Below are positions 63,449 through 64,000 of a stretch of DNA of 64,000 bases, piece after piece. A program made the position numbers and the translations under genes. The notes below the pieces were generated by a model, which made no database searches, had not been told where the DNA came from, and worked only from the letters and a program-made list of their open reading frames with translations. This DNA comes from Veleropilina oligotropha (Eukaryota), in the NCBI GenBank assembly GCA_048128005.1, contig JBEUKZ010000093.1:124001-188000 (forward strand). The letters are read 5' to 3'. Each line of letters starts with the position of its first letter. Position 1 is the first letter of the stretch.

Positions 63449-64000
63449 AGCAGCAGGGGGGGTCAGTAGACTTTTTAGAATGGGAAAATAAGGCTCCCAG
63501 CACCATTTCAGAACTGAGCTGGTATTAATGGTGGGAACTAGGGGGTGTAGACTAGGGGCGGGGCGGCCGCCGTGGGGGCTCCCAGCACCCTTTCAGACCC
63601 CAGGGTATATCGTGTATTACAAAAAGTTACCGTGTACACAGAGCCCGTAGGGACGGCCTGCTACTGCTCGCCGGCCCGGGCTCCTCAGTTATGCGAGCAG
63701 CAGCAGGGGGGGTGAGTTTGATTTCGTGCAACTCCCTTTCTACCGTCTTTGGTCTTCTTCTTATATATCGCTTGTTCACCATTGTCGAGTACAACGATCA
63801 AAACGTTATAGCCCCGGTTTAAGAGGTTTTTAACGCGCCTGAAGCTCCGTTCGCTGTACAGCGTAGGAATGTCTTCCTGTGGCATGTTGCTTTCAAGTAT
63901 AACTACACAACGTCTAACATGCCGGTTATTTCTCGCCGTGCACCGGGCTCGATATCTTAGTGTCATAATCTCTATTAGAGACTGGTATATACAATGATAA
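63449..64000. mobile_element. Probable terminus of a second Polinton/Maverick-like element
   Basis: The IR arm ends abruptly, and the new GC-rich sequence begins 5'-AGCAGCAGGGGGGGTCAG. It has internal repeats (GGCTCCCAGCACC.TTTCAGA twice; terminal motif again at 63696). No diagnostic gene lies inside the window. Confidence 0.5.
63685..63966 (-). CDS. Small hypothetical ORF within the right-hand element
   Basis: 93-aa ATG-initiated ORF with no recognisable domain; its 3' end overlaps the terminal-motif repeat. Confidence 0.25.
   Translation of the reverse strand: MTLRYRARCTARNNRHVRRCVVILESNMPQEDIPTLYSERSFRRVKNLLNRGYNVLIVVLDNGEQAIYKKKTKDGRKGVARNQTHPPCCCSHN

Overview
AT-rich eukaryotic (invertebrate-like; lineage is inference) DNA with no prokaryotic features. 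The core is a tandem cluster of four same-strand C2H2 zinc-finger genes: ZF-A ~12.1-13.5 kb (16 fingers, internal stop), ZF-B ~28.6-29.3 kb (7 fingers), ZF-C ~39.9-40.7 kb (8 fingers, pseudogene) and ZF-D ~56.5-58.2 kb (18 fingers). No effector domain is visible in any of them. A ~16.7 kb block running from inside ZF-A to inside ZF-B recurs near-identically from inside ZF-C to inside ZF-D, so the genes look like recombinational mosaics. Downstream of ZF-A and ZF-C a tRNA-derived SINE has expanded internally into 60- and 36-copy 27-bp minisatellites, each unit carrying a p53-type half-site. The window starts in the end of a Polinton/Maverick element: an uninterrupted rve integrase ORF (missed by the ORF track) and a terminus at 1547. 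It ends in a second probable Polinton-type terminus (63449) that cuts off one arm of a 1225-bp inverted repeat. The rest is TE debris: Penelope-like retroelements, Tc1/mariner, LINE fragments, several SINE families, HINE/DINE-like and Crypton-like non-autonomous elements, and MITEs. All alignments were done by eye, and coordinates of degenerate elements are approximate.
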